A program made the position numbers and the translations under genes. A model generated the notes under the pieces. The model was given only the letters and a program-made list of their open reading frames with translations. It was not told where the DNA came from and made no database searches. Below are positions 19,001 to 26,312 of a DNA stretch of 41,375 nt, in pieces. Source of the DNA: Phycisphaerales bacterium. GTDB taxonomy: Bacteria; Planctomycetota; Phycisphaerae; Sedimentisphaerales; Anaerohalosphaeraceae. The first letter of the stretch is position 1; the number at the start of each line of letters is the position of its first letter. Location of the stretch: the NCBI GenBank assembly GCA_011048645.1, contig DSDR01000172.1, forward strand, positions 1-41,375. The letters are read 5' to 3'.

Positions 19001-20788
19001 GGCCGTCGTTTCCGAGATAAATTCGAGCGGGGAAGTTTGCTTAAAGGCCTTCAAAAGGGCGCTGGTCTCTTCGGCCACCAGCAAAGGAGGCTGCTGCCCG
19101 TCGCTTAACGGGGCCGACAACAGGGTCGGGCCGTATAAAAAGGCCGTGCGATTCGGCATATCCGGCAGAGTTGATGTATGCAGCTTCATCGGGCATGTTA
19201 ATTCAATTGTGTCGCCGTCCTCAAAAGTGCGTCTTAGCGTCAGCCAGCCGTCCTGATCAACGGCGGCGTTTGTCGCCCGACCGTTCAGCGTTACTTCGAT
19301 GCCGTCAGCCCAATACGGCTTTCGTATTTTCAACACAAGACCTTGCGGCTGTATGCACTCAAAAGACAGCGCGACCTGTTCGTGGCTGGGCAATTGGCTT
19401 TGTTGGGTGAGCGTGATCCCTTTGTCTTTCCAGTTCAGAACCGACGAGATAAACAGATTGACATACAGCGTGTCGCCGGCATGGGCGTAAATGGTATCGG
19501 CGTATTTGGCGTGATTTTCCATACCGGTGCCGACACAGCACCAGAATGAGCGGGTCGGATGGCTGAATCCTTTTCGGGAGGGCATATCCAAAAAGCCTTT
19601 ATACACCAGCCGACCGCCCTGTTCGGGATGTTGATGCGCCAGAATGTGGTTGAGCAGCGCCCGCTCATAATAATCCATATAAGCCGCTTTGGGCTGCCAG
19701 GCAAACAAATGCCGCGTCAGCTTGAGCATATTGTAGGTGTTGCATGTTTCGGTTGTGTGGTGCATCCGCTCGGCCAGATGATCGGGTCTGCCGAAATACT
19801 CTTCGGCGCTGTTGCCGCCGTTGGCATAGGTGTAATGGTTGATTACCGTTGCCCAGAAGAAATCGGAAATCGTCTGATAGCGTTCCTTGCCGGTCAGTTC
19901 GTACAGCCGCGCCGTGCCGATGACCTTGGGAACCTGGGTGTTGGCGTGCAGACCGGTCAGACTGTTTTGTCGTTCGCTGAGCGGATCGAGCACTGATTTG
20001 TGATAGAACTTCTCTGCCAGCGCCAGATAACGTTCCCTGCCGGTCAAGGCGTACAGATCAGCGAACGTTTCGTTGATGCCGCCGTGTTCGCAGGCCAGCA
20101 TCTGCTGCCACTGCGATTCATTGAGACCCGCCAGCAATTCATCAATCCAGTCGGCGTGGCGAATCCACACCGCAAGCGCCTTTTGATTGCCGGTATAAAA
20201 ATAAATATCGCGCAATCCGGCCATCAGCTTGTGCTGGGTGTACCACGGCACCCAGATACCGTTCAAATCAAAACCGCGGGAGCGAATTTCTCCGCGCGAC
20301 ACTTCTTCAAAGGCTCGTTTGCCGTTGGGGAAAGCGGACATATAACCGCTGCCGTGTGCGTCCTGGATAAGGGCCAGCTCATCGACGATATACTCGAGTT
20401 TTTGCTTGAACTCATCGCGCCCGGTATGGCCGTACATCATCGCACAAGCCGACATATAATGCCCCAGACTGTGGCCGGCAATTGTTTCACGTTCCCAGCC
20501 GCCATAGACTTCGCCTTTCGGCTCCAATCCGGCCTCCTTTCGAAACCACGCCAGAAAACGATCCGGTTCCAGCGACAACAGCCACTCGGCGTTGAGGTCC
20601 ATGGCCGTTTTGAAGGGGCCTTCCAGCAGCCGAACATCGCCCAATCGGAACGGTCGGGCCTGTATCGCCGCCTGAGGCTCAACCCTGGCAGGAAAGTCCA
20701 TCGTCAGTGAGTCCGCTAAAAGAGGCGAAAACTGAAAACAAAACAAGACAAACATAACACCAATACAGAGCTTTGAGGCACGCATCAT
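16052..20788 (-). CDS. Secreted 1578-aa protein with two tandem GH127/DUF1680-like (beta-L-arabinofuranosidase-type) modules and a C-terminal discoidin-like beta-sandwich
   Basis: The signal peptide is MMRASKLCIGVMFVLFCFQFSPLLADS. Module 1 has GHSLGHYMSA.., HHTTETCNTYNM and SFWCCVGTGMENH. Module 2 has DDTDPYKVLEGAAY.., SHELYNMGHLYEAAV, SAYAETCAAIGN and AWFGCACCPGNIARF. The ETC and CC motifs match the Zn/Cys catalytic site of HypBA1 as I recall it. The C-terminus is WVQFEF..VEVYWLDD... Confidence 0.8.
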   Translation of the reverse strand: MMRASKLCIGVMFVLFCFQFSPLLADSLTMDFPARVEPQAAIQARPFRLGDVRLLEGPFKTAMDLNAEWLLSLEPDRFLAWFRKEAGLEPKGEVYGGWERETIAGHSLGHYMSACAMMYGHTGRDEFKQKLEYIVDELALIQDAHGSGYMSAFPNGKRAFEEVSRGEIRSRGFDLNGIWVPWYTQHKLMAGLRDIYFYTGNQKALAVWIRHADWIDELLAGLNESQWQQMLACEHGGINETFADLYALTGRERYLALAEKFYHKSVLDPLSERQNSLTGLHANTQVPKVIGTARLYELTGKERYQTISDFFWATVINHYTYANGGNSAEEYFGRPDHLAERMHHTTETCNTYNMLKLTRHLFAWQPKAAYMDYYERALLNHILAHQHPEQGGRLVYKGFLDMPSRKGFSHPTRSFWCCVGTGMENHAKYADTIYAHAGDTLYVNLFISSVLNWKDKGITLTQQSQLPSHEQVALSFECIQPQGLVLKIRKPYWADGIEVTLNGRATNAAVDQDGWLTLRRTFEDGDTIELTCPMKLHTSTLPDMPNRTAFLYGPTLLSAPLSDGQQPPLLVAEETSALLKAFKQTSPLEFISETTAYQRGPDGWKTTPLKLMPHYAIADEPYTVYMDVFTPQAWADKQAEFAAEQERIRQLEAMSVDMLRLGQMQPERDHNLTGERTNVGTFSGRMWRDAYNGWFEFDMKVLPDEPVDLIATYWGSERGRRTFDILVDGEKIATQVLDRNKPNEFFDVTHPIPEELTKGKEKVRIRFQAHPNSYAGGVFDVRIIKRNPSGGGKQTLRLERDYPYSPVDFTNVHFDDEFWAPRVEINRTVTIPHAFEKCEETKRFYHFERAAKVLRGEELEDRSPPGLSFDDTDPYKVLEGAAYGLAVEYDPKMDAYLDQVIDLVASAQEPDGYLYTTRTINPENPHEWAGPRRWIYVKRLSHELYNMGHLYEAAVAHYQATGKRTLLDVAIKNAELLCETFGPGKNEDAPGHQIIEMALVRLYRVTGEEKYLNLAKFFLDTRGPNDGQYSQAHKKVVDQDEAVGHAVRATYMYSGMADVAALTGDQAYIQAMDRIWNNMVTKKLYVTGGIGATSSGEAFGPNYVLPNMSAYAETCAAIGNVYWNHRMFLLHGDGKYIDVMERTLYNGLISGVSLDGTLFFYPNPLESRGQHRRQAWFGCACCPGNIARFLASVPGYVYATRNNALYVNLYVGGQGTVQLADNSVKIEQQTRYPWEGQVKLTVAPQTSETFTLALRIPGWAMNQPVPGDLYRYRDTLDKKPTIRVNGRAVSFEPDKGYARMTRQWNAGDTIELNFPMDVRQVVAHENVVENRHRIALERGPIVYCIEAADSPTEQVRNLIVDPKTPIHTEFRSNLLGGVQVLTFRASEVGLDDSDNRIVTSSVDVTAIPYSTWCNRGPNEMVVWLPTRKEDAFVRPRPTLASESRVTASRGTGRPRSVVSGVEPKSSHDKDNEFYHWWPRKGTTEWVQFEFAEPTALSAVEVYWLDDTGHGECKVPQSWRLLYKDGDEWKPVDDSNGYATELNMFNRTAFTQVTTTAVRLEIRMQRGWSAGVLQVRFDE

Positions 20789-20937
20789 CGACCAGTCTCC
20801 TTTCTCGTTTCAAGGAATCCATTATTCTCTATTCGATAAACTTAAAGACGATTTCCGAATCACCTGCCATCCTCTTAAAGAGGTTCAAGAAAATCAAAAG
20901 AAATGGACAGTTTTTTTGAAAAAATTGAAAAAAATTG

Positions 20938-20966
20938 TTGCAAAGTTAGGCGAACCTAATTATCTT
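20938..20966 (+). promoter_or_regulatory. Distal copy of the dtxR promoter (TTGCAA-17-TATCTT) with a DtxR-box-like palindrome AGTTAGGCGAACCTAATT (20944-20961) filling the spacer
   Basis: Read directly. TTAGG-cgaa-CCTAA is symmetric and resembles the DtxR/IdeR consensus TTAGGTTAGCCTAACCTAA. Confidence 0.5.
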
Positions 20967-20982
20967 AGACCAGACTTAAACT

Positions 20983-21225
20983 ATGAGTTTATACAATAAA
21001 CAACTGAGTGCCTCCCTTGAGGACTATCTGGAGGCGATATTTGTTCTTTCGCAGACAGGCAGGATTGCCCGCAGCAAATTCCGAATCACCTGCCATCCTC
21101 TTAAAGAGGTTCAAGAAAATCAAAAGAAATGGACAGTTTTTTTGAAAAAATTGAAAAAAATTGTTGCAAAGTTAGGCGAAACTAATTATCTTAGACCAGA
21201 CTTAAACTATGAGTTTATACAATAA
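20983..21225 (+). pseudogene. Duplication by-product: the first 31 codons of the DtxR-family gene, reading out of frame through the duplicated promoter (80-aa ORF)
   Basis: MSLYNKQLSASLEDYLEAIFVLSQTGRIARSK is identical to the start of the intact gene except for I/V. The ORF then diverges into FRITCHPLKEV.. and stops at 21223-21225, 17 nt inside the intact gene. Confidence 0.8.
21164..21192 (+). promoter_or_regulatory. Proximal copy of the dtxR promoter (TTGCAA-17-TATCTT). Its operator copy AGTTAGGCGAAACTAATT (21170-21187) carries a C-to-A change in the right arm.
   Basis: Read directly. The change breaks the CCTAA arm symmetry that is present in the distal copy. Confidence 0.5.
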
Positions 21226-21694
21226 ACAACTGAGTGCCTCACTTGAGGACTATCTGGAGGCGATATTTGTTCTTTCGCAGACAGGCAGGGTTGCCCGCAG
21301 CAAAGACATTGCCGAGCATTTGCAGGTAGCGCCGTCATCAGTCACAGGCGCGCTGAAAATGCTGGCCGAGCGGCAATTGATTCACTATAAACCCTATGGA
21401 TATGTTACCTTGACCGACAGAGGCCGGCAAATGGCCGGGCGTATCGTTCGACGGCATGAGGCGCTGGAATCATTTTTTTGCGATATCCTTGGGGTGGATC
21501 CCGATGTTGCGCAGCGCTCGGCCTGTTTGGCCGAACACGCCATCAGTTCGGAAATTGCATCGCGTCTGATGCTGTATTTGGAGTTTCTGTCATCGGAAAA
21601 ACAGTCCGGCAGAGATGTACCGCGGGCGTTTCAGGGGTATTGCCGGCAAACGGAGATCCGGAGTCAGGGCACACAAAAACCCAGTCATACGTGA
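21209..21694 (+). CDS. DtxR/MntR-family metal-dependent transcriptional repressor (HTH plus dimerisation domain, no SH3 domain)
   Basis: 161 aa. Motifs: EDYLEAIF, the HTH ARSKDIAEHLQVAPSSVTGALKML, YGYVTLTDRGR, RRHEALESFF and CLAEHAIS (metal-ligand positions). Fe versus Mn specificity cannot be read from sequence. Confidence 0.9.
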   Translation: MSLYNKQLSASLEDYLEAIFVLSQTGRVARSKDIAEHLQVAPSSVTGALKMLAERQLIHYKPYGYVTLTDRGRQMAGRIVRRHEALESFFCDILGVDPDVAQRSACLAEHAISSEIASRLMLYLEFLSSEKQSGRDVPRAFQGYCRQTEIRSQGTQKPSHT

Positions 21695-21766
21695 TGGTCG
21701 ATGTTCAGTGATGATGTTTATTGCGTCAAGGATTCAATAATGCAGACCAACAAGGAGACACAATCG

Positions 21767-21991
21767 ATGCCGCTTATACAAGTACCGGCCGGAAAGACCG
21801 TCGAGGTCGTTTTCATCGACGCCGGGCACGGGTTGAAAAATCGCCTTGCTTCCATGGGCGTCCTGTCTCATTCAACGTTTAAGGTATTGCGCAACGAAGG
21901 GGCCGGTCGGCTCATCGTCGGTATCAAAAACAGCAAAGTTGTCATCGGACGCGGCGCATCCGGTAAAATTTTTGTCCGGGAGTGTGAATAA
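21767..21991 (+). CDS. feoA: FeoA-domain protein
   Basis: MPLIQVPAGKTVEVVFIDAGHGLKNRLASMGVLSHSTFKVLRNEGAGRLIVGIKNSKVVIGRGASGKIFV is a typical FeoA SH3-like domain. I set the start at ATG 21767, which has AAGGAG 9 nt upstream. The track ORF starts at 21701. Confidence 0.85.
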   Translation: MPLIQVPAGKTVEVVFIDAGHGLKNRLASMGVLSHSTFKVLRNEGAGRLIVGIKNSKVVIGRGASGKIFVRECE

Positions 21992-22006
21992 TTTTTTTAG
22001 ATAATA

Positions 22007-22024
22007 AGTTAGGCAAGCCTAACT
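22007..22024. promoter_or_regulatory. DtxR-box-like perfect palindrome AGTTAGGC-AA-GCCTAACT between feoA and feoB
   Basis: Read directly: 8-bp perfect arms with a 2-nt centre. It shares AAGTTAGGC with both dtxR promoter copies, and TTAGGcaAGCCTAA matches the core of the DtxR consensus. Confidence 0.6.
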
Positions 22025-22043
22025 CGCACAGGGATTGTTTTCA

Positions 22044-24128
22044 ATGGAACAAAAAAAAGAAATACGTGTTGCTCTGGCCGGCAACCCCAACAGCGGAAAA
22101 ACCACTGTATTTAATCTGTTGACCGGTGCGCGGCGACACGTCGGCAATTATCCCGGCGTAACGGTCGAAAAAGTCGAAGGACGACGCGATTATAAAGGAT
22201 TTTTACTGCGTTTTGTCGATTTGCCCGGCACTTACAGTCTGGCCGCCTATTCCACCGAAGAGCTGGTTGCCCGGCATTTTATATTGGATGAAAAACCTGA
22301 TGTGGTCGTTGATGTGCTGGATGCTTCCAATCCGGAGCGGCATTTATACCTGGCCACGCAATTGATGGAAATGCGCACACCGCTGGTGCTGGCCTTTAAT
22401 ATGTCCGATGTCGCTCAAAGCCAGGGACTGGAATTTGATTTGAAACACCTGGAGGGCCTGCTTGGCTCTCGTATTGTGCCGATGGTGGCCAGCAAGGGTA
22501 AAGGAATGAATGACCTGCTGGACGCGGTCATCGAAACCGCGGCCGATAAGACGCCCATTACGCCGCCAATGCACTATGGCAAGGATATTGAGGCCGAACT
22601 GTCTCGGATTGAACACCTCTTGATAGAATCCGATTGCGAGGTCTCGGCCCGGTACGGAAGCCGATGGGTTGCTTTGAAACTGCTCGAAGGCGATGCGGAA
22701 CTATGCAGTCGCGTTAAACATTCGGATATTTTGAAAGTAGTTGAGGCCGCTCAGGTTCGGCTTAAAACCATTCTCGGCGATAGTGCGGACATCTTGATTG
22801 CCGACCGGCGCTACGGGTTTATCAGCGGCGCCTGCCAGGAAGCGATCAAGCACACCGTCCTGGCCCGCCACGATATCAGCGACAAGGTGGATTTGGTGCT
22901 GACGCATCGCTGGCTGGGACTGCCGATATTCGGAGTGCTGATGTATCTGGTGTTTTATCTGACATTTACGCTGGGCGAATATCCGATGGGGTGGCTGGAA
23001 ACGTTTTTCGATTGGCTGGGTGCGGCAACCGTCGCCGTTTGGCCGGGCGAAAACCTGCTCTGGCTGCAATCGCTTCTGGTTGACGGCGTGATCGCCGGCG
23101 TCGGCGGAGTCGTGGTCTTTCTGCCGAATATTCTCTTTCTGTTTTTGGGTATCGCTGTTCTTGAGGATACTGGCTATATGGCTCGCGCGGCCTTTATTAT
23201 GGATCGCATTATGCACAAGATCGGTCTGCACGGAAAAAGCTTCATCCCAATGCTGATTGGCTTTGGCTGTTCGATTCCGGCGATTATGGCCACACGCATT
23301 CTGGAAAACCGCCGCAACCGGCTGGCTACTATGCTGGTCATTCCGCTGATGAGCTGCGGAGCGCGCATCCCTATTTATGCGCTGCTGATTCCGGCGTTCT
23401 TCCCCCCCCACTGGCGCGGGCCGGTGATGTGGCTGATTTACATTATCGGAATCGTCGCGGCTATCCTCTGCATCAATCTGCTGCGGCGATCTCTACTCAA
23501 AGGCGAATCCGTTCCGTTTGTGATGGAATTGCCGCCCTACCGAATGCCGACATGGAAAGGCCTGTCTATCCATATGTGGGATCGCGGCTGGATGTATTTG
23601 AGAAAAGCCGGAACGATTATTCTCAGTTTATCCATCGTCTTGTGGTTTTTGATGAGTTTTCCCACGCCGCCGGAAGGACGGTTTGATCATCTGACGCCGG
23701 AAGAACAATACGCTGCCGGCCTGAAATATTCAATTGCCGGTCGCATCGGCAAAGCGATGGAGCCGGTGATTCGACCGATGGGTTTTGACTGGAAGATCGG
23801 TACCGCCCTGATCGGTGCGACCATGGCCAAAGAAGTGTTTGTGACGCAATTGAGTATCGTCTATTCGCTCGGCGACGAAGAGGAAGACGAAGAGACGCTT
23901 TCCCTGCTTCGTCAGCGGCTGCGTGCGGACTATTCGTCGCTTCAGGGGTTTTGCATTATGTTATTCTGTTTGCTCAGCACACCGTGTATTGCAACGGTGG
24001 CGATTACGCGCAAGGAATCCGGAAAATGGAGATGGGCCTTATTCCAGTTTTTCGGTCTGACGGCGATGGCCTATGTTGTGACCACAGCGGTCTTTCAAAT
24101 CGGCAGTTTGGTACAGTCGTTAATCTGA
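22044..24128 (+). CDS. feoB: Ferrous iron transporter FeoB (G-domain plus permease)
   Basis: G1 is GNPNSGKTT and G3 is DLPGTYSL, with gate motifs in the polytopic C-terminal part. I set the start at ATG 22044 (MEQKKEIRVALAG). Confidence 0.95.
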   Translation: MEQKKEIRVALAGNPNSGKTTVFNLLTGARRHVGNYPGVTVEKVEGRRDYKGFLLRFVDLPGTYSLAAYSTEELVARHFILDEKPDVVVDVLDASNPERHLYLATQLMEMRTPLVLAFNMSDVAQSQGLEFDLKHLEGLLGSRIVPMVASKGKGMNDLLDAVIETAADKTPITPPMHYGKDIEAELSRIEHLLIESDCEVSARYGSRWVALKLLEGDAELCSRVKHSDILKVVEAAQVRLKTILGDSADILIADRRYGFISGACQEAIKHTVLARHDISDKVDLVLTHRWLGLPIFGVLMYLVFYLTFTLGEYPMGWLETFFDWLGAATVAVWPGENLLWLQSLLVDGVIAGVGGVVVFLPNILFLFLGIAVLEDTGYMARAAFIMDRIMHKIGLHGKSFIPMLIGFGCSIPAIMATRILENRRNRLATMLVIPLMSCGARIPIYALLIPAFFPPHWRGPVMWLIYIIGIVAAILCINLLRRSLLKGESVPFVMELPPYRMPTWKGLSIHMWDRGWMYLRKAGTIILSLSIVLWFLMSFPTPPEGRFDHLTPEEQYAAGLKYSIAGRIGKAMEPVIRPMGFDWKIGTALIGATMAKEVFVTQLSIVYSLGDEEEDEETLSLLRQRLRADYSSLQGFCIMLFCLLSTPCIATVAITRKESGKWRWALFQFFGLTAMAYVVTTAVFQIGSLVQSLI

Positions 24129-24144
24129 TTTTCTGTTTTGAACG

Positions 24145-24327
24145 ATGAAGCCTATTAACCCGGCCCAAAAAAATAAGCTCAAAACGGCTTTGCCGAGTGT
24201 GTCCTCGCCGCCGATTTACCGCATCGAACAGCTTTTTGACGGCGCACGACAAGTCCGTTTGCTCCATAAAGGGCAGGAATATCGGCTGAGTATCACCAAA
24301 GCGGATAAATTGATCTTAACCAAATGA
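24145..24327 (+). CDS. HemP/HmuP-like small protein (60 aa)
   Basis: The C-terminal signature IEQLFDGARQVRLLHKGQEYRLSITKADKLILTK matches the HemP family pattern (..LF.G..E..I.H.G..Y.LR.T..GKLILTK). It starts 17 nt after the feoB stop. Confidence 0.75.
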   Translation: MKPINPAQKNKLKTALPSVSSPPIYRIEQLFDGARQVRLLHKGQEYRLSITKADKLILTK

Positions 24328-24416
24328 CAGGATAAAACGAATACATTAAAAATGCCAGCCAATTGCTCTGCAATAGCCAGCCATATCAAAAGTAAACTTT
24401 TTGGAAAGGAAAGTGT

Positions 24417-25733
24417 ATGGTTGGCAGAAAAAGTTTGTCTTATTGGCCATCTGTATTGGATTTATTTCTGGTTGCGAGGCTAGTCGTCTCGGACCAATCG
24501 TATGGGAATGAAATAGACACAGCAGTCATTCAGCATCGACTGGAACAATTGCAGGGCGAGATAAATCAGCTCAAGGCGATGCTGTCGCAGCAACAGGTCG
24601 AACAGGAACGTACTCGACAGGAGATTGAAACCTATCGTCAGAAGGTTCAGGCACAAGAAACGCTGCGTGCCGCCGAACAGGATCGGCTGCATATTGGCGG
24701 TTACGGTGAAATCAAAGGGAAATTCCGGCAAGGCAGCGATGCGGATTTTGGGGACATTCATCGTCTTGTCCTGGAAATCGGGTATGATTTTTCAGACTGG
24801 GTCAGATTTTTTTCCGAGTGGGAAGTCGAACACGCCCTTGTTTCCGATACGGCTGACGGTTCAACCGGCGGCTATTTGATGATCGAACAGGCATATTTCG
24901 ATTTTCTGTTGTCCGATATGTTTAACGTTCGGGCAGGTCGTATTCTGACGCCGATGGGGATCATTAACAAACGGCATGAGCCGGACACGTTCTTCGGTGT
25001 GGATCGTCCTTCTGTCGAGCGCTATATCATCCCCACGACATGGCCGTCGGACGGCGTTGGTTTGTTCGGCAATTTGGGTTCGCATCTGGCCTATGAGATG
25101 TATGTAGTCGGCGGCCTGGACGGTTCAAAATTCAATGCCGTCAACGGCATTCGCTCCGGCCGACAGCGGGAACGCCCCGGCCTCAATGATCCCGCCGTCA
25201 CGGGGCGACTGGACTATTTTCCGCAAATGAGTCCGGGACAGGATTTGCGGCTGGGGGTATCCGGCTATTACGGCGGATTGAACAACGGCAATCGGGGTCG
25301 AAATCCGGGCATCAGCGGCAAGATTCGAATACTGTCGGCGGATTTTGAGTATTCGATTGATAAATGGGACTTCCGCGGCGTTATCGTACACACCGATATC
25401 AGCAACGCCCGTCAGATTGGCAACGGCGCCGCCAGTGAAATGTTCGGATGGTATCTGGAAGGCGGATATCACTTTTGGCCGGACTCCTTCAAGGTCGGTA
25501 AGCTTGCCGATTCCGATGCGGTGGCTTTTGTGCGTTACGATCATTTTGACACACAGCACAAAATGCCTTCCGGAATTGCGGCGGATCCGGCCGGAGACCG
25601 AAATACATGGACGTTTGGAATGAATTTTGACTTGACCTCCAATGTTGTTTTCAAGACCGATTACCAGATACAGAAAGACCGCGCCGGGAATAAAGAGAAT
25701 TGGCTCAACTTTGGTCTGGGATTTTCATTTTAG
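24417..25733 (+). CDS. Outer-membrane porin with an N-terminal coiled coil (phosphate-selective porin O/P-like). The 5' end is possibly frameshifted.
   Basis: The coiled coil is LEQLQGEINQLKAMLSQQQVEQE... It is followed by alternating beta-strand sequence ending GLGFSF, with the terminal Phe typical of OM barrels. The annotated frame has no signal peptide, but a lipoprotein-type signal lies in another frame (see findings). Confidence 0.7.
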   Translation: MVGRKSLSYWPSVLDLFLVARLVVSDQSYGNEIDTAVIQHRLEQLQGEINQLKAMLSQQQVEQERTRQEIETYRQKVQAQETLRAAEQDRLHIGGYGEIKGKFRQGSDADFGDIHRLVLEIGYDFSDWVRFFSEWEVEHALVSDTADGSTGGYLMIEQAYFDFLLSDMFNVRAGRILTPMGIINKRHEPDTFFGVDRPSVERYIIPTTWPSDGVGLFGNLGSHLAYEMYVVGGLDGSKFNAVNGIRSGRQRERPGLNDPAVTGRLDYFPQMSPGQDLRLGVSGYYGGLNNGNRGRNPGISGKIRILSADFEYSIDKWDFRGVIVHTDISNARQIGNGAASEMFGWYLEGGYHFWPDSFKVGKLADSDAVAFVRYDHFDTQHKMPSGIAADPAGDRNTWTFGMNFDLTSNVVFKTDYQIQKDRAGNKENWLNFGLGFSF

Positions 25734-25741
25734 GAGATAAG

Positions 25742-26218
25742 ATGATGCCGCATCAAACGATGGTATTCAGTACGGCGGTACCGTTGAGTTTAATGTGTAA
25801 CAGTTGCAGCGGGCCGGAACAAACAGCCGCCAGTATCATTGCGGAAAATGAGCAATTTATGATGTATAAAGCAATGGGAAATGCACAGGATCGGTTTGCT
25901 GTCAGAACAACAGCCGCGACGCGCTCCGGTACATTTACACTGGAGGTTGTTATCAATCCGGATATGGTGATTCAGGAAACCAGAATTCTATCCTATCCTT
26001 TAACACGAGGCCGCGGCATTTTACAGCCGGGTTTTTTGAGCCGGTTCCACGGCAAAACCATCAATGATCCCATTCAGGTGGGAAACGATATACATGCAGT
26101 AACCGGAGATACAATGTCATCAATAGCAATGTCTGATGCCGTACGCCAAAGTCTCGCATTTGCCGTCCAATACAGAGAGCGGATGCAGAGACTGAACGAC
26201 AACTCACCGCCGCTATAA
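25742..26218 (+). CDS. Exported FMN-binding-domain (FMN_bind, RnfG/NqrC/PplA-like) protein
   Basis: GTFTLEVVINPDMVIQETRILSYPLTRGRGILQPGFLSRFHGKTINDPIQVGNDIHAVTGDTMSSIAMSDAV fits the FMN_bind pattern, including the flavinylation-site region. It has a hydrophobic, Cys-containing N-terminus. I set the start at ATG 25742; the AGGAG SD overlaps the porin stop. Confidence 0.75.
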   Translation: MMPHQTMVFSTAVPLSLMCNSCSGPEQTAASIIAENEQFMMYKAMGNAQDRFAVRTTAATRSGTFTLEVVINPDMVIQETRILSYPLTRGRGILQPGFLSRFHGKTINDPIQVGNDIHAVTGDTMSSIAMSDAVRQSLAFAVQYRERMQRLNDNSPPL

Positions 26219-26230
26219 AATTTGACATAA

Positions 26231-26247
26231 TAGTAGAAATTTAGTAG
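26231..26247 (+). promoter_or_regulatory. Direct TAGTAG hexamers 11 bp apart, inside a candidate promoter (TTGACA 26222-26227, 17 nt, TAGGTT) upstream of the OprB-type porin
   Basis: Read directly. TTTAGTAGG is identical to the left arm of the cus palindrome at 12863-12871. Confidence 0.4.
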
Positions 26248-26312
26248 GTTTTACATAAAGAAATATAAAATGCTCCTGAACTGACAGAATCAATTTTTGG
26301 AAAGGACAGCAG

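Larger units (their letters stand above)
20853..21304 (+). repeat. Tandem direct duplication, 2 x 226 bp (20853-21078 and 21079-21304), covering the dtxR promoter, operator and first 31 codons
   Basis: I aligned the copies base by base at offset 226 and found 3 mismatches in 226: 20955 C vs 21181 A, 21015 C vs 21241 A, and 21064 A vs 21290 G. Confidence 0.95.
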
